A stretch of DNA of 63,957 nt, counting the filler, from Welwitschia mirabilis (lineage: Eukaryota), in the NCBI GenBank assembly GCA_051453625.1. It is 5 parts of one record of this genome, joined end to end, with 100 filler letters (N's around TTAATTAATTAA, not from the genome) between each part and the next. Parts side by side here need not be neighbours in the genome. Positions count along the whole stretch, not along the records: positions 1 to 24,995 come from JBOZIK010000001.1; 4 more parts are not named here. The stretch is one strand, 5' to 3'. The position numbers and the translations under genes were made by a program. Below the pieces are notes generated by a model. It worked only from the letters and a program-made list of their open reading frames with translations. It was not told where the DNA came from and made no database searches. How positions within the stretch are numbered: the first letter of the stretch is position 1; each line of letters opens with the position of its first letter. This document shows, one piece after another, positions 1-11,080 of this stretch.

Positions 1-147
1 TATAAATCTGGTGCACTTGTTATTTGCTTCCTTTTGTGCTTCTTTATTTTATTTCTATTTGTGTTTAGATCTGAATTCATTGTTATTATAAAATAGTTTT
101 GAAATATCCTATTCACCCCTCCTCTAGGGTGTCTTTCGATCCTAACA
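1..147 (+). mobile_element. 3' end of a SIRE-type Ty1/copia LTR
   Basis: Ends CCTATTCACCCCTCCTCTAGGGTGTCTTTCGATCCTAACA, the same U5 terminal motif seen at 44398, 48703 and 57748 and in reverse at 21537 and 22051. Confidence 0.8.
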
Positions 148-1067
148 CTGAGATGAGTCTAGCAGCTCCAGACTCATTAAACTTGTCAAGTCTACCGAGT
201 CTAGCGAGTTTGGCAAGTTTGCGATTACCAGACTTGTCTCACTTAAAATAGGAGGAAAAAAACATTTTTTAAAAAGTTTTTTCTTAATTTTTTTTTTAAA
301 AATGTTTCCTTAAGAAAACGTTTTTGAAAATGTTTTCTAAACTAGTTTAAAAAAAGTTTTCAATTTTTTTAAAACTAGTTGAAAAAAGTTTTAAAAAGTT
401 TTTAAAAAAGTTTTAAAAAGGAGTTTAAGAAAAGTTTTTTAAAAAAGTTTTTACAAAGGAATTTCTTTTAAGTTAATAAATGTTTAGGCTTGGAGTGGTA
501 TAAAGCAACTGCATTTGACGTTGAAGACTTGAAGCCACTTCCAACACTCGTTTGCAAGATAAAGTGGCAAAGGAGCACAAGAAGACAGTGATGAGTAAAG
601 CATGAAGTTGTGTTAAAGGGATTTGTTTTCTTTAGAATTTGCAACATTTTTTTCTTTTTGCTTCCATTGTGTTCTTTTGAATGCTTTCCTTGTGCTTTTC
701 TTATGGTCTTTAATTCATGGGAAACCATATTGCACTCACTAGGGTCAATGGTTTTCTTGGCTAGATGAAAAACCATCATTGCCCTTGTCAAAAGTTGGCC
801 ACCAGATCTCACTTATGTCAAGTTAACTTTTTGAATTTTTCCCGTTTAGTATTAACTCATTAATATAGCTGTCTAATATTTACAAATACTATATGCCTTA
901 TCTAACTGCATAAAATTTCTTAATCTTTAAAAAAAAATAACAAAATCCAAACTGTCTTGGCCTTCTCGAGTTTCCGCCAAGTTTGCCTAGTCTGTTGATT
1001 TTAGTTAACGAGTCTAAGTCCAGGAAGCCAAACGAGTTTGGTGTTGAGTTCGAATTTTACAACCATG
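148..1067. mobile_element. Decayed hAT-like non-autonomous DNA transposon
   Basis: Degenerate CGAGTC/CGAGTT subterminal repeats at 150-240 and 960-1055; ends in TTTTACAACCATG, a TIR-like end related to the CAGTGTTGTCAGACTCG end at 10976. Confidence 0.5.
255..470. repeat. AT-rich low-complexity array of AAAAAGTTTT-like units
   Basis: Alternating A and T tracts visible directly, e.g. aaaaaagttttaaaaagtttttaaaaaagttttaaaaag. Confidence 0.7.
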
Positions 1068-2639
1068 AGGAAAACCCTAACGATGACCTTTAAAGACCAA
1101 AGAAAACCCTAATTCGAAAGGAGAGGATTCATTTGGTGAAACGAGAGAGGAGAAGTCTTCGAAGCACAAGCAAAACAAAAACCCTAGCCCTAATTCTAGA
1201 GCATCACTGCTATAAAGCACCATCCAAACATTCTCACTACAATGATTCTCCATCAGATCTTGCAGCAAACAGCTCATCCGAGGTCCTCCAACGTATTCCT
1301 CCAAAACCCAACAACCTTTTCTTTGTGAAATAGTTAGCCTCACTCATTCCAACCTTCGTCCCCTTGAAGCTTTAGATCCAACCCCCAACAGACATTTTAT
1401 GCATTCTTTCACATATCCTTAAGGCTTTGAAACTGCACAATATTAGTTAAAGCACTATTTGGATTACTGTTTCAGATTCTATTCCTCTTCTAAGTTCAGA
1501 ATTATGTAAATGTAGCATTTTAATTCATTTAATAGTTGTTTTTTGTTATAACCCTTTTCTTGTCTTTATTTTATTGTTTTCATTTTTATTTTCTATGTTA
1601 TGGCTTAAAAAAATTCATTGTAACCCTTGCAATCAAAACCCAACAAAAACCTAACCCCTATTCTTTGATCTCATCATTATTAAGGTTGATCTACTAACGT
1701 TGAGGTTCTTCCATTCACTTGTAACAATTCTAGCTTCATGTTTTTCACTTTTTACAGGCCAAAAAGTTCACATCTGCATCAAAATCGTAGAAAGATTTAA
1801 TTAGTGGGTTGTCCTCTAACTTAATGTTAACGATAGACATATTAGGATAGCTAAGTTTTTTAAATAACTTTTCCCATATTGTATTATGTAGCATTTAGCA
1901 CACATTCACTTAGTCAAGCATAATGATACTCAAGGAAGATGATGTTAAGAATGTTTTCATGCCCCCTCTTCATAGCCTTAGGAAAGGGAATAGTTACTAG
2001 TTGGGTTCGCCCCTTTTCATTGTAGTTTTCCTTTCTTCAAAATGGTCCTTTTGGTTGAAAAGGAATACACCTTGAATGAGCTATATATACTTAAACAAAA
2101 CAAGATGAAGTCTAGCATGGATGTTTCGTTGGGCTAGGCTTGTATTTGAGGCTGTCCTCGGGGCTAGCCATACAACTATGGTGTTATTAGATGAGGAAGC
2201 ACTAGTTAATACTCTTAAGATGGATATGACATAACTGCTTCTTGAAATGATTGTGAGTTAATTAGAATGACTTCTAGTGGAGGAGGAGTAGGATATTGAT
2301 GGTTGATGTTGTCCAGAAGCATCTAAATAGACATCCAATATGTTGCCACTACAAAAGATGACGGCGACGATTGTCCCTAGTATTGATGATAGTAGCTTGG
2401 CACCAACTCCCTCGAGATATGAGCCTCAAATAAATCTTGTTTCTTCATTAACTAAGGGTCCAATACATTTTCTATAGTTTGGTCTTGCCATTCTAGACAA
2501 TAGTTAAGTATTGACAATTGAATTCACTATTCTTAAAAGGCCCAACAATTTCACTTACCACACTGACCAATATTGACAGCATCAATCGGTTGTTGAGTTC
2601 TCTTTTCCAATTTCAACTCCTTCATTAAAACCTATATAG

Positions 2640-3250
2640 ACTAGAGAGTTGAGTTATCAACAACAAGAGTCCAGTCCTCCTCTTTCAAGGTAAGATTTCT
2701 ATTGAAATCATTCCTCGACCCCATGGATTTCCTTTCCTTAGAAAGCTTAGCCAACATTTCCATCAAGTCACATAGCTCTTTCCCACTCTTCTTCCTAATC
2801 TCACCACAAACTAGGAAGTAAAATTTGTCTATCATTTCTAAATTCAGTGACTCATGTAAAAACTTAATTTGATTGAAAATATGAATTTCATGACCTGAAT
2901 AACCAAACAATTTATGAAATTGCTCCATAGGTTCTAGTCATCGCTTCTTGATCTTCCATTTAAACTCCGACATTTGTCTTCTACAAACAGTATTTTTTTA
3001 GGTGAATTGTACCTAAAAAAGGATTGTCATTGCATTTCATTTCACAAATAACAAATTATGGTGGTACGATTTAATACCATGTTTGAGTAGCATCATGTAA
3101 CATATTCAGAAAGTATCTCACTAACCACCGCTTGTTATTGAGGCCCATGTGAGTCCTAGTGGAAAGACGTGCACCTAAATGTAGCAAAGAATCTTAATAA
3201 GCACACAAATGGAGGGAATAATCCTCTTCATCCCTTCCTCTAAACAATAA
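2640..3250 (-). pseudogene. Degenerate Athila-type Ty3/gypsy gag
   Basis: MEQFHKLF..SGHEI...QIKFLHESL...GEIRKKSGKELCDLMEMLA aligns by eye to the retrotransposon gag pattern AWERFK.LL..CPHHG...Q...FY.GL...GG.FM.KTPEEA..LIE.MA; upstream part is frameshifted. Confidence 0.65.
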
Positions 3251-3899
3251 AAGTTTTGAAGTTTTCAACTCTTTATACCTACTCAATGTTCTACTAGAAT
3301 CTCCACTAGGTTTGACTTACCTACTCTCCTTTGTGATCTATCTTTACATAGTGTGTTCTTTGCTAGGTCAATTGTCTACTCTAAAGTATGGGCAAACAAG
3401 GAATGAACCAACTAGGGATCAGAAGTTGGTTGCTTATATGGTTAAGGACAATTGATTACATGGTTGGGGAGTTATATGGCATAGTCCTCGCAGTTGTAGA
3501 TTTAGCGTATTAATTCTCCAAGGGGTACATTTGTCATGTTTCTGTCTGGATCGATGTTCAAGAATTCATTCCATTCTCTTTCTTGGCTTCTCTTCCTCTT
3601 CCTTATAAGGCTTCTCCATTTCCTTACTGTGCGGTGAGTCTATAATGGTTCTTAAATTTTACACCTCACATATTTGTTTTTCTCGTAATTGAACTAAATG
3701 ATCAACATAAAAATTCTATAGCTAGGGACAAATGACTATACTTGATCAAGCTTAACACATTTCTTGCAAAAGGGACATAGCATCAAACAAATTCTAGCTA
3801 TTGCTAGAAGATCAAGCATATATTCAAATTTAGACTACTTAAAAGTACCCTAAGAACACCTAAAAATGACTATTTGGGAATAAAAACTCAAAGATGCAT

Positions 3900-5390
3900 C
3901 CCTCCAACATCAATGCTTGTCAAGTTGAAATTTGAAAATATTCATCTGCCTCAATGGTATATTAAACAACACAATTTTAGCTTGTTGGAGCTCAAAGAAA
4001 CTCCTTGAGGCATTGCTCCTCGTTGAGGCAGAAGATGTCAAGTCAGTTGTTTGCTATGATAGACATCCTATGATCACTAACAATTAGCAAAAGAAACCAT
4101 CCTCGTCTACTGCATCAATAATTCAATAACGAAATGAGCTACATCACACTATCAAATGATTTGTTTTAACACAAGTTTTTTTGCGCTTTGATGGTATGGT
4201 TGGAAGCTAACACATAGTGATGCCACCTACAAACAATGATTTGTAAACTTTTATATTTTATGATGTGAAGAAAACATGAACAAGCAATGACAAAGATGAA
4301 ATGCATTATAAGAACAACAACTTGGATGCATATCAAAGTATAGTTTACACTCAATGACTAATTCTCTTGCTATAAATATTAAATTTTAGATGATTTATAA
4401 ACTCACTAAAAATCAGTGATTATGCTAAGTAGATATTGCTTACAATAGTGCTCTAAACATCATAAACTTAAAAATTGCAAAATAAACGATTTAAAAAGGT
4501 ATCAATGAAAACATGTTACTAAAGTTACTTGACAAAGATTCACCACTTGATTAATAACAAAGAATTTTCACCTGTGTTTATAAGTTGAGAGCTTTAATGT
4601 CTTAGATTCAAATCCTACAATATGTGTGTTGACTTATGCTTCATATCCATGTATTCAAAGCACAACAAGATGTGGGCTTCAATTTCTTCTATATGAATCA
4701 TAGCCAAGACCTAGACATTTAGTGGCCAACCCTTAGGCCAAGAGAGACCTTCCATAGGCTTTCACCTAGGCAATTAGACCAATGACTTAACAAGTGCGAT
4801 ATGGTTTCCCATAAATTCACTTGATCAAAAGGAAAAAATGCAAGAGTTTCTACAAACATACAAAATTCACTATCCATTGCCCTGAAGATGAACATCATGA
4901 TGTTCAAAATTGCTCTACTTAACTACCCAAACCATGCAAAGCTTTCATCCACGCTTTGTTTTCTAATAGCTTCATTCTCATTCTTCCAAGCTTTGTGTTT
5001 TCTTCAAACTTTATCCATCCTTGGCGCTATTGGTGCTTCATTTTCTTTCTTCCACAAAGGGCATACATGATCATCAATAATCGTAAGTCATGAGTTGGGT
5101 AGTTTAGTTTATTTCCCCACAACTAAGTGATTCAAATGTGCCAAAGGTCATCCTTGCCATAGGTGTTTGGTAAAGGGCATGCACCATAGTCCATAGCTCT
5201 TGGTGTATGAATCACATAAGTTGTGTGAAAATAAACTAAACAACCCAGCTCGCAAACTAGAATTATTGACTGTAAAGCATGTCCTTTGCATATGACGATA
5301 CTACTAGGAAACAAGTTTGCCAATAAATTGAACAAAACTTTATCCAACTCATCTCAAACCATAAAGCTAGCCATATTCTTTTTGGAATTT
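3900..5390 (-). mobile_element. Highly decayed Ty1/copia pol remnant (integrase, RT, RNase H end)
   Basis: Broken motifs resembling HSDVWG (~5140), WGEA..TA.YLIN (~4810) and QLADIF (~4040) in copia order on the minus strand. Confidence 0.55.
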
Positions 5391-7375
5391 TTGTTTTTTA
5401 AAACTTTTCTTTATTAGCAGGTCTCTTAGAAACGATGAGTGTACAGTAAATTTCCTGATCTAGCATTAGCTTTGGTACAAACCTGGTAATAAGAGTTAAT
5501 CTGAAACACCTCATGTTAAGTACTCCCCCACAATGATGGGTGCAACAAGGCTGCTGCTGCCAGCAAACATAAAATATAATAGTTCATTAAGCAGATATGC
5601 TTAATTTTAAAGGAACTAGAATATGACTATTTTTTAATCATAAGCAAATTATGAATAATTTAAGGAATAATGTTTAATTGTACAATGTGTTTAGTTTAAA
5701 ATGTTATGTTAATTAAAAAGTTATTAGTATTATAACAAATAAGAAAGTTATCCTTAAATTAGTACAACATAACATTGCTTAATGAAAATATATTATGTAC
5801 AAAGACAAACCAAAACATGAATTCATGCAGTATGAATGTAATTAACACAGAGAAAAAGGAAATTCGTTTCTAGAAAGGGTTTACCTATTGTTTCCATTTT
5901 AAGATGTTACAAACGATCTCAAGAATGAAGACATGAAAAGAATTGTAATTTAAGCCTTTCTTACTTGTTCATTCCTTTCCTTCTAATGGTTTCTTGGTTA
6001 ACGATGTACTGGATGCAGAGACTTGAAACTACTACACTCGTAGCTTGCTTTAGTCCTTTACTTTTTAGTGTTCTTCTTTTATTGAAACTGTTCTCCTCTT
6101 TCTGACTAATTGCAAACTGATCTTTCAAAAAACTCTCTCAATTTGTCTTAGGAGGTCTTCACTAAGAAGAATTGACTTGGGTCTAAGCTAAATTATAGTT
6201 CAGAAAGTCCCACCCACATTAAATAGATTATTAGAAATACTGTCAATAGAACAAAAGCCCCTGAGTGATAACTACAAGAGATGTAAAGCTGAAGTCAATC
6301 ATGATGGTAAACACTAAGATTATGGTAAAGATGGGGCAGACATGAAGCTTAAGGCAACGGAAACCATAAATCTGAAGTCAATGGTGATTTTCATGGTAGA
6401 CATGAAGCTGATGACATTGATGGTAGATCTGAAGCTCAAGGTAACCATGAACCTAAAAGTGAAGGTGACTGTGAGGATGAGAGTCCCACTAGGTAACTTT
6501 CCATCTCTATAGGAGGGAAAAAAACAAATTAATTTAAAGAATCATCATAGAAACTTGATATCTGACAATAATTGCTTCAATAGTTTTACTCCAAAGACAT
6601 GGTCAAAATCAACACGATACACTGTGAATTTAAATCCTGATGTTATGAAACCAAACACTGAATGGATGCCATACTTTCAAATGACATAAATCAGGAATTA
6701 CCCAGCCAAAGCATACTCCAAGAGTACTCACCAATCCTGGAACACGGTCACTTCCAAATAGATTTATCCTATTAGCATTTCAGGTACTAGTGTGGTGATA
6801 TAAGACACACATATATCAAAGGGGATCAAGCATCTTATGTTTTTCAAACGATATCATGCACAAATGACTCATATAGATTAAGTAATAATGCTGGGTCTAA
6901 GACACCAGGATAAACATCAAGAAAGATTACCTTGGTTGGAGGATATGATAACATAACATAAAAACAAAAAAACCAATCTATAATGGCAATTGGCATAGTA
7001 TTGTTCCAGGATTCATTCGGTAAAAACTTGGAGATTACACATGCTGTTAGATGTCACAAGGGATGCTAGAAAAAGTGATTTTTTGTAGGGTGAATCAAGG
7101 TTTTAGAAAGAAATCTGTTTTAATGTAAGTGCTATGTAACTGATGAGTTACTTGCCAAAAGTTATGGTAACTTCATTAAAACAGAATGAAGGGAAAAGTA
7201 AAGAATGATGAAATGAACTCGAAGTAGAAATCTTTGCAAATTGTTGCTTGCTTTTTGCATTCTTCTCTATTCTTTTTTTCCCTTAACTTTATTTAAAAAA
7301 TGACATGTTAAATCAAGAAACAAATGCTATTTTCTTATTTAAAAATAATAAAAATGCAATATTACATGGATTCAT

Positions 7376-7676
7376 TCATGTTTCAGTCTCTCTGCCACTT
7401 GAATTTGCTGGAAATACTTTTCGAATGAATTCCAAGAAACGCTGTGAATACAATTTGGGTTCAACTGCTGAAATAGAAGCTGAATCAAATTGACATGATT
7501 TGTAAGCATGTTCAATTTTTTTAGCAAGGTTGTATTCCTGTAGGATATCAATGATCCCCAGATAGAGAACTACATCATATGCTTCATCAAATAAGTGCAC
7601 TGTATTTTGGTCTCTCTCTCCTCGTGGTTTGTGGTCTGCTCTGGCAGGCATGTTCACTCCAAGCTGAACTCGTAAT
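7376..7676 (-). CDS. PIP5K: Phosphatidylinositol 4-phosphate 5-kinase (plant subgroup B, PIP5K7/8/9-like), terminal coding exon
   Basis: Encodes [13 protein letters not shown]...[57 protein letters not shown], the PIPK catalytic C-terminus. AG acceptor at 7678-7677; TGA at 7378-7376. Confidence 0.95.
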
Positions 7677-7778
7677 CTACAATTATTTAGAATGACTTAT
7701 TTGGTGCTAATGCTGAACATAAAAGAATTCACAAAATCAGAGAGATTAGAAACTGAATTTTAACGGAGGACCAGTTAC

Positions 7779-7950
7779 CTTGTTGTTCCTGGAAGGAGTA
7801 AATCAACTTCTTTATCATCCACAGCTGATGCTCTTAAAGGATTTCCACGGACATGAGAGCCTTGTACAGCTTCATCTTGGTCAGGCTCGCGAGCAACCAA
7901 TACCAAACCATGAGGATAGCTTGCCATATCACCCTCAATGGATGTTGAGA
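7779..7950 (-). CDS. PIP5K: PIP5K penultimate coding exon
   Basis: 172-nt exon between ttctatacAG and GTaact. Encodes STSIEGDMASYPHGLVLVAREPDQDEAVQGSHVRGNPLRASAVDDKEVDLLLPGTT(R) and splices in frame to the last exon. Confidence 0.93.
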
Positions 7951-8699
7951 CTGTATAGAAAGTAACTCATCAGTTCGCATCTAGGATGCATAAGACGATC
8001 CGTTAGTATTAGCATACACCTTTCACTAATCTATTTCCCAAACCTTTATTACATTGAACAATTGTAATTACGATATTCAAAGATGTATACAACAGTGAAG
8101 CTGGAAAAACGTGAGGATTCCCTAAAAGGAAGGCTCCTTTCATATAATGACTGATCAAATGTATGTCCAGCTTCATCCAAAAGTGACCCAATAACAAGAA
8201 TTAGGAATTGTATATCAGGATATTAAGCGATTTAAGAAGTCTCAAAGACAAGACAGCTGCTTGAGAAAGTTTGATTCACTTTCTATAATGCTTCCAATGA
8301 CCAAATTCTGTTTTTGGGCCCCTAGACCATACTTAATATGCTGGGAATATATCGATACTGTTCTCTCCAAGAGGAGCACTTAAGACATGATTAATTTAGT
8401 CCATGGACCATGTTTGTCCATTCCCAATATCCTAATTCTGTACAATGTACTCTTTTCAACCATAATCTTGACCCTAGTTGTTTAGTTGAATTATAAAAGC
8501 AATTAGTAAAATAGAAGATTCCATCAAAGAATGTTAACACATGCTTTAAAATAAAACAAGAATTTATTTCAATTAAAACTAAAAAAATATCCCTTATCCC
8601 ATAGGATGCCTTATCATTTTAGTGTGACTTATCATATCCCCTAACATTAGAATAAAGTCAAATCTTGAATTGTCTCTTTTGCTCCTTTTTGCAATACTA

Positions 8700-9450
8700 G
8701 TGGTTATGGTATATGTCTGTCCCATATATATTATTACTTTTATGTATGGGGTTATTAAAATTAATTAAATAGGTCAATGTTGGGACATACTCTTAGGGTT
8801 TTAACCCTAATGTTTGCTATAAAAGGGCATGTATGTCTGGTTGGGAGAGATGGGTGTAAGATTCATTTGCCCATCTTGAGTGTTGATGCCCATGTATTTA
8901 GGATTTTTTTGTGTCCTTTACATTTCTACTGTTAATGAGAGCTTTGCATTATTTCACGGGCTTAGGTAGAAAGAGCCCAAACCATATAAATTTTGTGTGT
9001 GTTTTTGCTTGCTCATTTTGTTTTTTGTTTGCTGTTTTCTCTGTTTTCTGCTGCAATTTTTAATGAGTGGTATTAGAGAAGCCAGGATTGGTCCTATGGA
9101 GTTTTAGCAACTACTGTAGTAGTCGCTGATTAGCAAACAGAGTGGAGCCATGTTGCACAGTGGAGCATTGCGAGCCCATGTGCATGTTTTGTGAATGCGC
9201 TTCGATTTTTGGTCGTCTGTACCATCATTTTTTGACATTTCCATAGTTTTGCAATCTCAGTTTATATCGTGGGGTCTTTTAGGAAAAGTAAAATAGAGTG
9301 AATGCAAACAACAAATCAGCTTATTGATCAAAATTAGGACATTTGGAGCATAATGATATTCTTAACCAGAAAGATTGCATTGATGCTTTGGAAATGACAA
9401 AGACTACAGGAATGGAAGATGGAGATTGAAGGAAGAAGAAAACAAAGATC
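8700..9450 (+). mobile_element. Truncated Tnt1-like Ty1/copia: LTR, PBS and gag start
   Basis: LTR-like segment with TATAAAA (~8818), degenerate tRNA-Met PBS TGGTATTAGAG at ~9068, then gag-like ILNQKDCIDALEMTKTTGMEDGD. LTR start is approximate. Confidence 0.6.
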
Positions 9451-9937
9451 CTTTCTTTCACTTATCATTGCCTAATCAATGGGATAAATTTGATAAGGCA
9501 TTTGGATTGGTTCAATTCCATGTATACCAAAAAGTTTTCAATGCAACGATGGACAGAATTACTTTTCAAAATCATTTGGTTAAGACAATGGTGACCTCTG
9601 TCAACTTTGAACAGTATGACATCCCAATACACAATAGACTAATATTTACTTGTGGGAATTTCTCAATTTGCTTAACTCTCAAATTCTTAATTTCTTGACA
9701 AAATGAATAAATGAATTGACTAATTTTTCCTATTAATTATTCCTAAGAAAATTAAGAATTTAAGATACAGTATTGTTCTAAATAAATATCTAACATCACT
9801 TGAGTTAAGACAAAAGAATAACTTGAGATGGATTGACAGAAATAAAAATACCTTATTAACTTAATTCCTTTATAACAGTTGAATGCTTTTACTCGCATAA
9901 TCACATTTTTGTTTTCTTTTTGATAGTCACACGGTCA

Positions 9938-10975
9938 TGGCACCTCGTAAGGTGGACATGATATCTTGAATAAAGACCCCGAAAATGATAGATTTGCCTT
10001 TTGTAAGTTTTGTAATTGCCGCTTCACTTCAGTTGTGGCAACAAGAGTAAAATTTCACATCACCAAGGCAGTCAGAAAAGTCGTGGTTGTTTGTAAAGCT
10101 AATCCAGAAACAGATCCAATATCCAAATTAGCAAAGGAAAAGTGTCAACCACAATTAGTAATGACAGGAAGGATAAAATATGTAAGTTGTACATAAAACA
10201 ATAATATTTGCCAATTGTCAATTTAGTTTCCGTATACTGTACACCAATTTAGTGTATTTTAAATCGTAAACAAGGATGACTAGGCATCACTTCAACAAGA
10301 GGGTCGTAGTGGATCTAGCGTGCCCAGTAGATTCCGTGCTTCTAATGCAACAGTGGAATGGTTTTGAGAACTATATAGTGGCATTTCCTCACAAGGAGAA
10401 GCTGCATCCCTTTCCACACAATTAAATATTGGTTCAAGTACCTCCTTCGAAAAGCTAGAGAATCTTGATAAAATTCATGTTACCAGAACTATTGCAAGAA
10501 GGCAAGCAACATTGCCAAGCATGCCTTTCAATAAAGAAAAAGACGATTATGCCCACGCCTCTGAGGCCGAATTTTGGTATAAGCATATATTGCCTTTCCA
10601 AGTTTTTAGAAATGAAGAATTCTACGAGGTCAGACCATCAGAGATCACATCATTGATGATGTTGAAGGTTTCAAGGTACCTACTTATCATTAGGTGATAA
10701 TGATATGCAATCTGTTTAATTAATTGAAAATGTTTGGTTTCTTTTTCATTATTTGCTAGATATATGTTCATATTTAGTCATCTGATTGTTTTGCTTGCAT
10801 GATTACATCAGTATTTTCTTCGAGGAGATTCCAACCAAATTGTTAGATAATGCATATAGCCATGTTTGAGAGTTTATGAATGCACAATGTTCTTAGGTAA
10901 TTATGGATTGCTCTATAATGATGGACTTATGGTTTGCTAGGAGACATAGACCTCAATTTCTGAGTTGGTTCTACA
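9938..10975 (+). pseudogene. hAT transposase pseudogene (BED zinc finger and DUF659-type region), 3' truncated
   Basis: FCKFCN...TRVKFHI...VVVC (BED finger); AEFWYKHILPFQVFRNEEF; GFKVPTYH; CSIMMDLWFARRHR (cf. GCTIMSDGWTD.R.R). Contains stops and frameshifts. Confidence 0.8.
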
Positions 10976-11080
10976 CAGTGTTGTCAGACTCGCGGCGAGT
11001 CCGGCAAGTCCGCGAGTTCGCGGCTCGCCGCGAGTCTGTTAAGCACAACTCGCAAAGACGAGTCCGGCAGTCGCGGACAT
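10976..11080 (+). mobile_element. hAT-like MITE terminus with CGAGTC subterminal repeats
   Basis: Starts CAGTGTTGTCAGACTCGCGGCGAGTCCGGC; near-identical start at 62778. Confidence 0.65.

Noticed and set aside
1070-1200. AAACCCTA motifs resembling telomere repeats
   Set aside because: Scattered single telo-box-like copies common in plant TEs; no tandem array.
8700-9450. This LTR/gag being the 5' end of the copia that resumes at 40052
   Set aside because: Same strand and similar type, but no TSD or LTR pair links them across 30 kb and several gaps.
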